Shown here piece after piece: positions 13,392 through 28,470 of a stretch of 64,000 nt of DNA; the first letter of the stretch is position 1; every line of letters starts with the position of its first letter. This stretch comes from Octopus vulgaris (taxonomy: Eukaryota), in contig OX597829.1 in NCBI GenBank assembly GCA_951406725.2, positions 25,854,001 through 25,918,000 on the forward strand, read 5' to 3'. The notes under the pieces were generated by a model. The model made no database searches. It was not told the DNA's origin and worked only from the letters and a program-made list of their open reading frames with translations. The position numbers and the translations under genes are program-made.

Positions 13392-13520
13392 TGGAGAGAG
13401 AGAGAGAGAGGTTGGGTATAGGGAGCTATAAGCTACTGTGCATCATAAAAGACAATTTAATTGGGAGAATACCAGTTTTTCATGTTTGTTAAATTCGTTG
13501 CCTATATAATGGGCAAAATT

Positions 13521-13561
<41 letters not shown>

Positions 13562-13847
13562 TTCGCACACGCATTGATTATAACACACAATAATTTTCAG
13601 GAGAGATTACGAATCATTTTGTGATATTATGTCATACTACCACATAATTCCCATATTAGGTATGAACTCAAAGCCCCAAGTGGCGTAGAAGGTTGAATTC
13701 ACATGTCAAGAATGAATAATGTAAATATGGCACAACATCACGAAATAATTCGCAGTGCTGTATATATATGTCACATCCCAACAAATTCTACAATTCCGAT
13801 GTGAAGACCTCTGGTCTCTCTTACATATATATATATATAGATAGATA

Positions 13848-14369
13848 CTCTTTTATTTGTTTCAGTCATTTGACTGCGGCCATGCTGGAGCACTGCCTTT
13901 AGTCGAGCAAATTGACCCCAGGATTTATTCTTTGTAAGCCTATTACTTATTCTATCGGTCTTTTGCCGAACCGCTAAGTTACGGGGATGCAAACATACCA
14001 CCATCGGTTGTCAAGTGATGTTGGGGGACAAACACAGACACGCAAACATATACACTCACACATACATATACATACACATACATATATATTCTTTCTTTCT
14101 TTTATTCTTTTAATTGTTTCAGTCATTTGATTGCGGCCATGCTGCAGCACCGCCTTTAGTCGAAGAAATCGACCCCAGGACTTATTCTATCGGTCTCTTT
14201 TGCCGAACCGCTAAGTTACGGGGACGTAAACACACCGGCATCGGTTGTCAAGCGATGTTGGGGGACAAACACAGATATACAAACATATATACACACACAC
14301 ATATATATATTTACATATATACGACGGGCGAACAAACACCGACACATAAACTCACACACACACACACAC

Positions 14370-14415
<46 letters not shown>

Positions 14416-15265
14416 ACGACAGGCTTCTTTCAGTTTCCGTCTACCAAATCCACTCACAAAGGCTTTGGTTGGCCCAAGGCTATAGTAGAAGACACTTGCC
14501 CAAGATTCTACGTAGTGGGACTGAACTCGGAACCATGTGGTGGGGAAGTAAGCTTCTTACCACACAGCCATGCCTGCACCTGTGTATGTGTGTGCATGTG
14601 TGTTTGTGTCTGTGTTGGTCCAACCATCACCTCTTGACAACCGGTGTTGCTGTGATTACGTCCCGTAACTTAGCACTTCGACTAAAGTCACCGATAGAAT
14701 AAGTACTAGGTTAAAAAAAAAAAAGAAAAGGTAAGTCCTGTGTTAGATTTCTTCGACTAAAAGCCTTTCAAGGTGGTGCTCCGGCATGACCGCAGTTAAA
14801 TGTCTGAAACAAGTGAAAGAATGGAACAAAAAACATATTACTCTTTTACTCTTTTCTCTTTTAGTTGTTTCAGTCATTTAACTGCGGCCATGCTGGAGCA
14901 CCGCCTTTAGTAGAGCAAATCGACCCCGGGACTTATTCTTTGTAAACCCAGTACTTATTCTATCGGTCTCTTTTGCCGAACCGCTAAGTGACGGGGACGT
15001 AAACACACCAGCATCGGTTGTCAAGCAATGCTAGGGGGGACAAACACAGACACACAAACACACACGCACACAAACACACACGCACACATATATATATATA
15101 TATACATATATACGACGGGCTTCTTTCAGTTTCCGTCTACCAAATCTACTCACAAGGCTTTGGTCGGCCCGAGGCTATAGTAGAAGGCACTTGCCCAAGG
15201 TGCCACGCAGAGGGACTGAACCCGGAACCATGTGGTTGGTAATCAAGCTACTTACCACACAGCCA
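13848..15265. mobile_element. Cluster of four SINE family A copies or fragments (mostly minus strand)
   Basis: Repeated GTTTCAGTCATTTGACTGCGGCCATGCTGGAGCAC segments at ~13860, ~14116 and ~14867, plus a plus-strand tail at ~14620-14820. Confidence 0.85.
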
Positions 15266-15658
15266 CATATTGTGATGATGGTTGTGGTCTAATGTGTCAA
15301 TGGTGGTGCGAGTTGGTTGTGATATGGTGCGCTGTTGTTTAGCCCCAGGTCAACCTTGACCAAGCAACCTTTTGAATAATAGTGCTCCGGATATGACTAT
15401 ACCGTCTTATTATTATTTTTTTTTCAGACATAGCTGACATTGAAGCACGGGGCAGCCCTGTGGGTCGTGGGATCCTTGTTGAACCGTTCAACCTATGCAG
15501 CATGGAAAATGGAAGTTAATTGACGACGACGATGATGATGATGATAAAACGTGTGTAGGACTACTTTATCCATTGTTGTCCTAAGTTGCGGGTGACTATT
15601 TGAGGTTGAAATCTAACTGTTATATCTAGCAGGTCAAGCGATTATGTAGCACCTCTGC

Positions 15659-15741
<83 letters not shown>

Positions 15742-17507
15742 GTCCTCTTTTCCTGACATGTGGTATTTAATAAAGTGAGCTCGTGATGGTGGTTGTGATG
15801 GTGATAATGATGGTGGTCGTGATGGTCTAGGTGGTGGTGATGGTGATGGTAGTCGTGATGGTAGTCGTGATGGTGGCTTTGATGATGGTGATGATGGCGG
15901 CGATGGTGGTGTTGATGGCAGTGGTGATGAAGGTGGTGGCGGTGGTTATGGTGGTAGTGATGGTGTACGGGTCCAGGATATTACCGATCATCTTCCGTCC
16001 ACTGGTATTGGCAGCGGCTGTTGATATTTCTTCCGGTGGTGGAGTGGTGGGTGACATGAGGTGTGGCGGTATTCGCTAATGCCCATGTTGGTGTTGGAAT
16101 CCCAAATGTATTTTTTATAGCTTGCAATGACCCTTGATATTAGAAAGGAGGAAAATAAAAACGTGAAATTTTGTCCTTTTAGGGGATTAAACGCTGGACA
16201 AACAATTTGAAGTTGTTTTTCTTCTGTCTGTTTTTTTTTTTGGTTTTGTTTTACAGTTGTTTTATACATTTTAAAACATTTATTTCCTACTCCCTTTTTC
16301 TTGCATTTTTCTCATTTTTTTTCTTGCTTTTTTGCTTTTTTTCTATCAAATATAATTGAGAAAGGAATGTAAAAGAGGAAGAGGGAGAGAAAACGATGAG
16401 AAAGAGGTGAGGAGAAAAGCGATGAGGCTGGATTTAAAATTATGAATAACAATGGCCATTAGAAGTCGCCAACATTTTTGTGTTACTTGTTTCATCATTG
16501 GACTGTGGCCATGCTGGAGCACCGCACTGAAGGATTTTAGGTGAACGAATCAACACCAGTATCTACTTTTTTAAAATATACTTATTCTGTTGGTCCCTTT
16601 ATCCGAACCGCTATATCACTGGGACGTAAACAAACCGACATTGCTTATCAAGCAGTAGTAGAGGACAAACACAAATACAGACACAGACATACGCACACAC
16701 ACACTCATGGGCGAGCACGCACGCGCACACACACATACACATTCGTCATAAGAATTTTAGAAACTTTGTGAGACGTGAAATAATTCGTTTTAACAGTGGA
16801 ACTCGAAGCACATAAAGCTATGAATAACAGTATGTTGAATTTTACGCGTAAATATCCCTTTTACATCGAAAAGTCGTATCCCAAGGGATGTTTTTGACTT
16901 TTTCTATCCGAAAGGATTTCCAACTCAATATTTACATGCTATTGTTTATTATTTTATCAACTTCGAGGTCTACAGTTAAATACATGACGGGATTTCACGT
17001 AGTTTCCGGCTACCAAATTCACTCACAGAGCATTGGCCGACACTATACTATAGTAAAATAATTACTTGCTCAAGTTGAAATGCAACGGAACTGGATACGA
17101 AACCATGCGTTTATATTAAAAAGAAGAAAAAATAGATTGCCTTTTTTACTTCTTTCCTTATTGCAAGAGTTAGTTAGACTCTAGAGAAACAAGTACCTCA
17201 ATTTCAACACCCAAGTACCTCAATTTCATCTCCTAATTACTTCAGTCTACTGGAGGGATAAAGGTAGAATGAGGTATTTTTGCCTCTTGGCTGAAACAGC
17301 TGTAAGAAATTATCCCAATTTCTATTCCTGTATGTTATATATTTTGATAATTACTGGTATCTTTATATATTTTATATGTAAAGCATAATATGTTATACAT
17401 GTATGTATATTGTTGTAATTGTCATTTTAGTAAATAAATAATTTGATATAATATGTCTAAAAGTTGATGAATACAACCTATTGATCCACTCCACTTTCTT
17501 ATTGCTC

Positions 17508-17616
<109 letters not shown>

Positions 17617-18113
17617 CATATACGTGTATATATGCCACTAACATATTTTAAGTAACCTAAAATTCGTTTATGCCTAAACACTGTTTGGTTCTGATACTGC
17701 TGAACATATTTTAACTTTTGTCTTTTTATCTTTTACCTGTTTCAGTCGTTAGACTGTGGCCAATGCTGAGGCGCCACCTCGAGGAATTTTTGTTGAACTA
17801 ATCTCCTCCAGTACTTATTTTCTTTTTAAGCCTGGTACTTATTCTATCAATCTCTTTTGCTTACACCAGTCGTCAAGTAGAGGGCTGGGACACATACACA
17901 CACACACACGAAGGGTCTCTTTCAGTTCTCGTCCGCCAAACTGTATGCCAAGTGCACTCACAAAGGTTTGGTCGTCCCGAGGTGATAGTAGAAGACACTT
18001 GCCCAAGGTGCCACGAAGAGGGAGTGAACCCGGAACCATGTGGTTGGGAAGCAAGCTTCTTGCCACACAGCCACACACGTACACGCAGACACACTCATAC
18101 ACACACATACACA

Positions 18114-18187
<74 letters not shown>

Positions 18188-18867
18188 GCCACACAAGCAC
18201 ACGTACACACATATATATATATACACTCATACACACATACATACACAGCTACAAAGTTACGCGTGTCCACGTACACACGTCCGACAGATGAGTGACAATG
18301 GCCATGACCTTTGCATGTCATTTATTCCGACCAGAGAGATCCATTTGTCTTTCCGCAATGTTTATAACAGTCTAACCTCCGGTAACGACAGCTCTGAACT
18401 AGGCGGTAGTTTGGTGGCGAGATGGGCGAACATAATCTTACAGATTTATACTACACGGGGGATGGGGGTGCTACCTGGCTATGCAATACGTTTTCTGAAA
18501 GGTCCCTTTGGTTTTAACTTTCTGTGAAATACTGAGGGACCTAAAATTAAATCACGTGCTTTCGTTCTGTTTAATGGTTTTTTTGTTTTCGGTTTTTAAT
18601 GGTCTTTTGTTTTCATACCGACTTAAGTACTGCTCTGTACTTTTTTTGATGGACTTTGTAAGATGAGATGGGTAAACTGCAACTTGGCATTAAAGAACGT
18701 GATTCAGTTGAATTACCAGGCTTAAAAAAAAAAAAAAAAAAAGAAAAGAAAAAATGTAGTGGGGTCAATTCCTTCGACTACATATCTTCAAGGCGGTGCC
18801 CTAACAAAGCTGCAGTCTAATTACTGAAACAAATAAAAGATAGAAGATGAAAGATAAAAATATTGTG

Positions 18868-18898
<31 letters not shown>

Positions 18899-18961
18899 GG
18901 CGGTGCCCCAGCATGGCCACAGCTCATGAGCTGAAACTAGAATCAATCAATCAATCAATCA

Positions 18962-19048
<87 letters not shown>

Positions 19049-19049
19049 G

Positions 19050-19112
<63 letters not shown>

Positions 19113-19252
19113 ACCATAAGAGAGTGGTCACTATATGGCTCACTCTAGCACCAGTTAATCCAAATATGTTTCAACCACAAAAATACATGTTTTTGAAAGT
19201 CAGTACGATTGTTAGCTCACACGGACAGGGCAAATAAAAAATAACAAAAATA

Positions 19253-19348
19253 CAGATTATTTTGGGACAATTGTTTCGCTATTAATGAATTAAATGTAAT
19301 TTTACTTACAAAAAAATCCACTTGTAGCTCGTCAGCCAAAACTATCTG
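19253..19348 (-). ncRNA. Consensus type I hammerhead ribozyme
   Basis: Minus: CAGATAGTTTTGG-CTGACGA-GCTA..(loop)..TAGC-GAAAC-AATT-GTC-CCAAAATAATCTG. All core nucleotides present; stem I ~12/13 pairs; GUC cleavage triplet. Confidence 0.85.
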
Positions 19349-19588
19349 GATGAAATCCACTCAATCACACGCCAGATTTTACCATAACGATAAATACGCG
19401 TGTGGTTCAATTGATTACATCCGACGTTATAATTCAAATGCCCCAACTAACAGCGCGCCAAACTTTCACGGGAAACAAATACTCATTTAGAAATAAATGC
19501 AGCATAATTATAATTAATTAATAAGGGTGAGAGAATTAGATACTAATTTAATAGTATATCTATTCAACACCAAGTGGCCTAGTGCTCC

Positions 19589-19706
<118 letters not shown>

Positions 19707-20676
19707 CGAGTGAGTCGAGAAAAATAAATAAATAAATGAATAAATAAATAAAATGGCATTCAAGACATGTAGTGGGAGTTGCATATATAATTTAATAACA
19801 TTTCGACTCAGCTTCATGCAGCAAGTTTTGGAGGGCTTAAGAATAAAAAAAAAAAAACTGCTGTCACTTTCAAACTATGACCTGAATTGACCATTAGGGG
19901 ACCGACGTCTAGAAGCCACCTTGAAATTGTCTCATACCCATTTTATTTTCCTGTAGATACTTAACGAGATATAGATTCCTTCGATAAACCTACGAAATTT
20001 AAAGCTGAATATTGCTGATTCCAGCACAATGTAAAGCTAAATGTTTAATAGCCTCACTGTGGGTGAAATAAAAAATGTAAGCGCATTCTCTCTGCATTTT
20101 TGAAGTGTTGTACAAAGAAAAAAGAAGTGAGCCTCCTGACAGAATGTTTCATGGTTTGTTGACCGATCTAAAAGGAGTCACCTGGCGTCCTTCACAATGA
20201 GATCAGTATAGATCAGCTACTTACAAAACAGTTTTAAATCGGTCTAGTGCTGTGGTGGATTACCTAATTTTGATATTTGTACTTTTGATAAATTTTCATT
20301 AATTAAACAATACTTATTTATGCATGTGCATATGTATGTGTGTGTGTGTGTTTGTGCATAAACAGAAGCACTACACTGCGGCACAGCATTAGGGTAAGTG
20401 AAATTATTAGGCAAACTTTAAAGTGTTTATTTCCAGTAAACACACTTATTCTCGTTATAAAAGGCAGAGATCATGATAAAATTACAGTTTTGTTTTTTCG
20501 CTAGCTTCAAAAGTTAGACAAAAAGAAAAAAAAAAAGAGCCGTGGCTGTAGGGTAGGAAGCATGTTTCCCAATCACATGGTTCCAGTGTGGCATCTTGAG
20601 CAAGTGTCTTCAACTGTAGCCTCGGGCCAACTCCAAATCATTGTGAATGCATCTGGCAAATGGAAAGTGAAAGAAG

Positions 20677-21080
<404 letters not shown>

Positions 21081-23047
21081 CTATACCATACTATATACTC
21101 CATTTAAAAGTTGTCATTTTTCATTCGTAAGGCAGAAGTATGATGAAAAAGGACTAATGCAAATTAAATCTCCATTATTTCCTCTGTATTGAATTAAAAT
21201 TTCATACACTTATTTGTAAAAATAAAGGTATTATTAAAAATTAAAACCCCTCAGTGTCTTATAATGACTGAAATAAGTAAAGATTAAAATTAATAGATAA
21301 AAGATCCATCTGATTAGTTTCATCATTTATTTATACCTCATCACAGATTCGTTCCTTATTCCTGACCACAAACACAATAATAACATACGAGGGGGTGCTG
21401 AAAAACTGGCTTTGGGGAAAAGAAAAGTCAATTATACTTTTATTCAACATATTCACCCCGTCAGATTCGCACAGTTATTGAAGTGGTCCATCCTTATATG
21501 GCTTATAGGTTAAATGAGGCATACTTGTCCTCACGGCCGAAACAGCTGTCAGATATGATATAATTATATATTATATTTTATATTTCTATTTCCTTGTCTA
21601 ATTATATTTACAATATATTTTGTATAATGCCTTTGCTGTTATGTAATGGTGTAATAAAGTATTGATTGGGTATTATCTGATGGTTGATGTTTGATTGATT
21701 TAAGTATGTTTCTCCATTTTCTAATTTTGTATATATATATATATATATATAATTAAAAATACACATTAAGTACAGGACACCACCAGCGAGTGAAAAATAC
21801 GTAAACACACGAGAGATAAGTAAGGAACAAATACAAAACAATATTTGAAAAATACACATTAAGTACAGGATACCACCAACGAGTGAAAAATACATAAACA
21901 CACAGAGATAAGTACAGGATAAAGTACCAAAGGAAGTCTAACTCCTCCTCAATCGTGGACTGTTTCTTATTACCTGTTCCGAGCTTTCAACGACAAGACA
22001 GGAAATCTTCATAAGAAATTTTAAAGATATAAAATTTACGGAGAGTGAGGACTTCGAACGAACAAATAACACCAGAGTGGACGTACAGAGTAAACAATCG
22101 ACGAAGACAGATATTATGGGCCGTTGGGCCAAGACGAATTGTATAGGAGAAATTTTGAAAGGATATAGATTATATAGAAGAGAAAAAATTGTAGAAGGCA
22201 AGAAATATCGAGAGACGAGAAAAATTACGTCCAGCTGGTTGGACGTTCCTATATATATATATATATATATAGTCGACACAAACTAGAACAGAACTAAATT
22301 GATCTAACATAATATTGCACCTGTCGGAAACAGTAACTAATTAACAGAAATACTTAGCAACGGTAATAAGAAGAAGAAATGTAAGATAATGGGCGTGTGT
22401 CTGATGAGGCATCAATAAGCATGAAACTGATTCTGTCCATAGAGAGAAAAATCTGTTTCTTTTACCACCGTGTAATATCTTGATGGTGAGGCTAAATAAT
22501 GTTTATCAAAAACACATGCTCGTAAGCTTATCTTTTCAACCTTGTCACCTTCTCTCTTCCTTCTCCTACGCACACACACACACAGAGTTACTCTTAAATT
22601 TATGCTCGTGTGTGTGTGTGTGTGTGTGTGAGTGTGTGTGAGTGAGTGTGTGAGTGAGTGTGTGTGTGTGTGTGTGTGAGTGTGTGAGTGTGTGTGAGTG
22701 TGTGTGAGTGAGTGTGTGAGTGTGTGTGAGTGAGTGTGTGAGTGTGTGTGTGTGTGTGAGTGAGTGTGTGAGTGTGTGTGTGTGTGTGTGAGTGAGTGAG
22801 TGTGTGAGTGTGTGTGTGTGTGTGTGTGAGTGAGTGTTTGTGTGTACTATTTCAGACATTTATCTAGAAATAATATTTCATTCATGACTGGGTGTTATTC
22901 CAGTTTCTAACAATGCGAGTATTCAACTTTCTCTTTTAAACATCGCCGTTTTGCTCTTTTCTTTCCTCTTGCTTCTTCCCTGTCTGTATGTCTGTATGTC
23001 TATCTCCTTTTTTTCCTCTCTTCTCTTTCTCCCTTTGGTTTTCTCTG

Positions 23048-23083
<36 letters not shown>

Positions 23084-24151
23084 CCCCTGATTTCTCTGTC
23101 TCCCTCACCCTTTCTGCCTCTCTTCTCCCTTCTCCTGTCTTCTCTCTCGCTCCCCTTCTCTTCAAATACTTCCATCTATTCTCACTGAGCTCTTCAGTCT
23201 TTCTGAACAAAAAAAGAAAAAAAAAAAAAGAAAGAAAGAAAAGGAAAATACCTTTCACTGACCTGATCAAGTTTCCATGTCGAAGGTCATCGAGTCACGT
23301 GACGTCATAGCTTCATATTTTATTTTTTTTTAGCTTTTTATTTTCTTTTAAGGATATTGTATGTCTCAGATCGTTTTCCATCTCTTGGGATATGGAAGCA
23401 GTTTGTGATTTTTGCGAAACTAAACATGTATAGAAACTAATAGAACCGAAATCTACACTTTTTGACCTACCAATTCTTAATTAATAAATTATTTCCTTTG
23501 GCTAACTGTGAAGCCAATATTTCTAGGGATATAAAATACCCCAGAAGTCGTGAATAACTGTTCTGGAGATTACCTGAAATTTCAGTGCCTATCCATTTTC
23601 TCTAGACCACTGGCACATGCAACTTCTGTAGAGTCACGGAAGGAGCTTTTATGTGGTCGTTCAGTCTGCTAGAAACAACAGTCAAATCACCCTGTAGCGT
23701 CTTACACATACACACACAAGCCCTCAGCCGCACTCACACTCACATGTTTACATCCACATACAAACATTCACATACACAGTCAAACACACACACTCACATG
23801 GACACTTATCCTTGTCCAGGCCCGTCACAGACTTTGGTACCCGGGGGGTGCTTCAGAATATTCTGGATGGTCACTAATTTATAATAATTGTTTCAAATAT
23901 TGGCACAAGGCCAGCAATTTCGGAGAATGGGGTAAGCTGTTTACATCGACCCCAGTGCTCAAATGGTACTTGTGTTATCGACCCCGAAAGGATGAAAGGC
24001 AAAATCGACCTCAGCAATATTTGAACTCAGAGGAAATGCCGCTACGTATTTTGCCTGGCGTGCTAACGATTCTGCCAGGTCGGTGCCTTAAAAGAAAGCA
24101 GATCAGCCTCCGGATGCCGAAACCCGGGACTAATCTGTAATAATGATAAAG

Positions 24152-24644
24152 TGTAAAGTATAATAGCCATTTCAATATGGCTAACCACAAAAGGTGGGTG
24201 TTACTGAAGCTTTTAACCCCAGGAGATCATCGTCTCCAGCTGGCTTTAGGCACATTATCTGTGCCCTTATGGTATTTGCAAAGGGAGGTCATCCCTTTCT
24301 CGTAAGCCTAAGTGATACGCACGGACCGCAGTTTCGAGGTTGTTGCCTCTTGTGAACGGGCGGTAATCACCGGTTTACGACGAAAAGAAAGACCTTGTAT
24401 GCAAATACTTAAGTGTTTTTCAAGTAACTTCCGTCACTGATTTCAAAAAACTGTCTGCAAGCAATAATAAATCTCTGAACGAGATGTAAACAGTAACTGC
24501 TCGACAATGTAAAGTATAATAGCCATCTCAATATGGCTAACCACAAAGGGTGGGTGTTACTGAAGCTTTTAGCCCCAGGAGATCATCGTTTCCAGCTGGC
24601 TTTAGGCACACTATCTGTGCCCTTATGGTATTTGCAAAGGGAGG
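24152..24644 (-). mobile_element. Partial tandem (356-bp period, 137-bp terminal direct repeats) with hammerhead remnant; retrozyme / Penelope pLTR-like
   Basis: 24152-24288 and 24508-24644 are near-identical. Minus 24321-24355 reads CAC-AAGAGG CAACAA CCTC-GAAAC-TGCG-GTC-CGT. A related diverged sequence lies at ~58200-58400. Confidence 0.7.
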
Positions 24645-27219
24645 AGTTTAGAAAAATAATTGTCACTGTAAATTTGATGGTGCACCAGTGAATAGTGAGG
24701 AGGCAGTGCCGTCTAGTGCACCCTTTAGTCTATTTGATTCACATGTAAACACACACACACACACACACACACATGTACATATAAAGTTGATCTTTGATGC
24801 ATTCCTAACTTTAATTGTTCAGTCGATGATAGAATCAGGTGGTGGTAGTGGTAGCTATATGGCGGTTACTGGACAAAATAATCTTCACTATTTAGTTATC
24901 TTCTATGCAATTTGCACTAGAACATCTGTCTGAGTCCATGCAATATGTAACAATCATATTGAGTGTTGGTGATCTTTCAATTTAATCGACATGTCCCTTT
25001 CCCACACAGAAGATATGTGCGCGTTTCTCTCAAAGATAGAAATCAACGTTAAAGTCAATAATTGCTGGTATTAATTAATCCTTTCTATTGTTGACACAAG
25101 GCCTGAGATTTTGGGAAGGGGACTACTCGACTATATCGACCCCAGAATTTCACTGGTACTTAATTTATCGACCCCAGGCCAAAATCAGTCTCGGCGGAAT
25201 TTGAACTTAGAACGTAGCGACTGGCGAAATACCGCTAAGCATTTCGTCCAGTGTGCTAACGACTCTGCCAGCTCGCCGTCTTATTGCTGGCATTAATTAA
25301 TATTAAGAGAAAATTATTAATTAAAATATTAGAAATAATTAATTCATATAATCATTATAGACCAACATGATTCAAATAATTATTAACAATTAATTCATTA
25401 ATAATAAATAATAATTAATTCATAACAACAACAACAACAATAGTAATAATAATTAATTCATATAATTATTAAAGGCCAACATAATAAATATTGTTATTTA
25501 ATATTTTACGCCGAGGTTGACTTTGCCTTTCATCCTTTCGGAGTCGATAAATTAAGTACCAGTTGTATACTGGGGTAGATCTAATCGACTGGCCTCCTCC
25601 CCCCAAATTTTGGGCTTTGTGCTTAGAGTAGAAAATATTATTTACTATTTTAAAAAGGTGGCGAGCTGGCAGAATTGTTAGCATGCCGGTCAAAATACTT
25701 CGCGGCATTTCGTCTCCGAATTTATATTCAGCCAAGGTTGACTTTGCCTGTCATCCTTTTGGGGGTTGATAAGTACCAGTGAAGTGTTAGTGTGGCGGGC
25801 AAAACGCTTAGCGGTATTTCTTCCAGCTCTTTACGTTCCGAGTTCAAATTTCACCAATATCGCCTTTGCCTTCCAGGACTCATAAAATAAATACCAGCTG
25901 AGCACTGAGCACTAGGGTCGATGTAATCGACTTGTTTCCAACCCTCAAAATTGATGGCTCTGAGCCAAAGATAAAAAAAAAGAAAGAAAAAGAAATATTC
26001 AATATTTTAATCTCTTGAAACGTTTGAGGGAAGGATATATGAAACCACTTCCTCTTTACTCCTGAGTTCGAATTCCACAGAAGTGACATCTACTTCTTAA
26101 TTTTAGTGTCGTGCTGGTGGCGTCTTTACATTCTGAGTTCAAATTCTGCAGAGGTCAACTTTGCATTTCATCCTTTCGGGATCGATAAAATAAATACCAA
26201 TTGAGTACTGTAGTTGATGTAATCGGTTTGCCCTTCCCCTGAAACTGCTGGCCTTGTGCCAAAATTTGAAATCAATTTCAGTGTGATAGTGGTAGTGGTG
26301 GTAGTTGGATAGCGATGAAATATGATGTCATAAAATTCTTTCTAAGTATGGCACAATTTTGAAGGAAAGGGTACGTCAATTATATCGATTTTCGTAATCA
26401 AACTAGTACTCACCTTATCGATCCCGAAAGAATCGAAAGGCAAAGTCAACTTCTCAGAATTTGAACTCGGGGCATAAGGACACGGAAGAAACATCGTTAA
26501 GCATCTTGTTCTACGCACTAATAATCAGAAATGACTGTTCTAAACCATTTTCTTTTCTTCACCTGTGGTTTGAAAGCGTAACCTATTTGATTACACGTGT
26601 AACTAACAAATTTATTTTACACCTGTGTATATAACATTGAAAATACTTTTCTAAAGCATTAGTTTGAACTTGTGCAGAGTTGTCTCCCATGTTTGACAAT
26701 TGTCAAACTCTTATCCTATACCACTGCAACTTTTAAGTATTTCAAATTTTTGAGTCGTCTCCCCTGCCTTACTTAATCAGAATTAATTAAGCGAATATCC
26801 TTTATCCTTTTTTATTCAATAATTTACTAATTTCAATTGATTAAAATATTTAATCAATAAAATATTTAACTACGTTAAGTATAATAATCCATAATTATTA
26901 TCTCACACAAAATATTTAGAAAAATAATGGTCAACGGTTTATGCGTGTGTGAATGTGTGTGTGTAAGTGGGAGTGTATTTTGGTGTTTGTTGGTGTGTCA
27001 GCATTAGTATGTAAGTGTGTGTGTGCGTGCCCCAGTGTTGTATAAAGCTTGCTTCCCAACTATATGGTTCCAGGTCACTCTCACTGCGTGACACCTTGGG
27101 CAAGCATCTTCTGTTACCAAAATCTTGTCTGTGGATTTGACCAAAATCTTGTCTGTGAATTTGGTAGACGGAAACTGTAAGAAGACTGTCGTATACACAC
27201 ACGCGCACGCATACACACA

Positions 27220-27256
<37 letters not shown>

Positions 27257-27519
27257 ATACACACACACAAATTTATGTGCGTGTTTTTGTGCCTGTGTCT
27301 CCCCCACCATCGCTTGACAACCAATGCTGGTGTGTTTACGTCCCCGTAATTTACCGGTTCGGCAAAAGAGACCGATAGAATAAGTACTAGGCTTACAAAG
27401 AATAAGTCCTAGGGTCGATTTGTTCGTCTAAAAAAAAAACCTTTAAGGCGGTGCTCCAACATGGCCGCAGTCAAATGATGAAAACAAGTAAAAGAATTGT
27501 GTGTGTACGTTTGTGTGTA

Positions 27520-27567
<48 letters not shown>

Positions 27568-28406
27568 ACTGTTACAGACACACATATATATATACACATA
27601 CATATATGTATGCTGTTGTTTTTGGTTGAGTTTTTTAGTGTGGTTTAGCTGGGGGTTTCAACTTCACTTTCTAGCAGGTTGGCGCCTTGTGTGCCCTTAT
27701 AATAAATATAAATTTTAATTCTATCTAGCGCTATTTAATACTTGCAACACCTATATAATTGTTGTTTCTCTTATCAATTATCCATATTTACCACAGATAA
27801 TAACAATAATAATATATGTATAGATATTCGCATTTGAATATTTACTCCAGATATATATATATATATATATATACATACACACACACATACATACATACAT
27901 ACATACATACATACATACATACATACATACATACATACATACATACATACATACATACATACATACACATAATGGTATCTGTTTGTATATCGGATCATTG
28001 ATCGCTCTATTTTTGTGAGTCAATTATTGCTTAAATAAACAATAAATTGTGTTTCTATGCCGGAACTAACCACAACGTCCGTCCACTGTCTTAGCTTAAT
28101 ATCTTTGCTTAACACCTCACGTCTATGAGTGTATGCACATGTGTTTGTGTTGTGTGTGTGTGTGCGTGCGTGTGTATGTGTGTGCGTGCGTACACATGCA
28201 TGTATATGTGTGTATATATACGTCTGTGCATGTATATATGTAAGCATATATCCATGTTTGTATGTATATACGTTTGTCTATGTCTATATCTCTATCCGTT
28301 TGTATGTATGTATGTACGTTATGTATTTTACGGCTTTTCCTTTAAGGCTCTTTTCTAATTTATATCTGAAAATATTTAAAAATATAACTGAAAATATTAA
28401 GAATGG

Positions 28407-28470
<64 letters not shown>

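Noticed and set aside
21755-21920. 93-bp-period direct repeat
   Set aside because: Only two units, a simple local duplication; no repeat-spacer (CRISPR-like) structure in this eukaryotic DNA.
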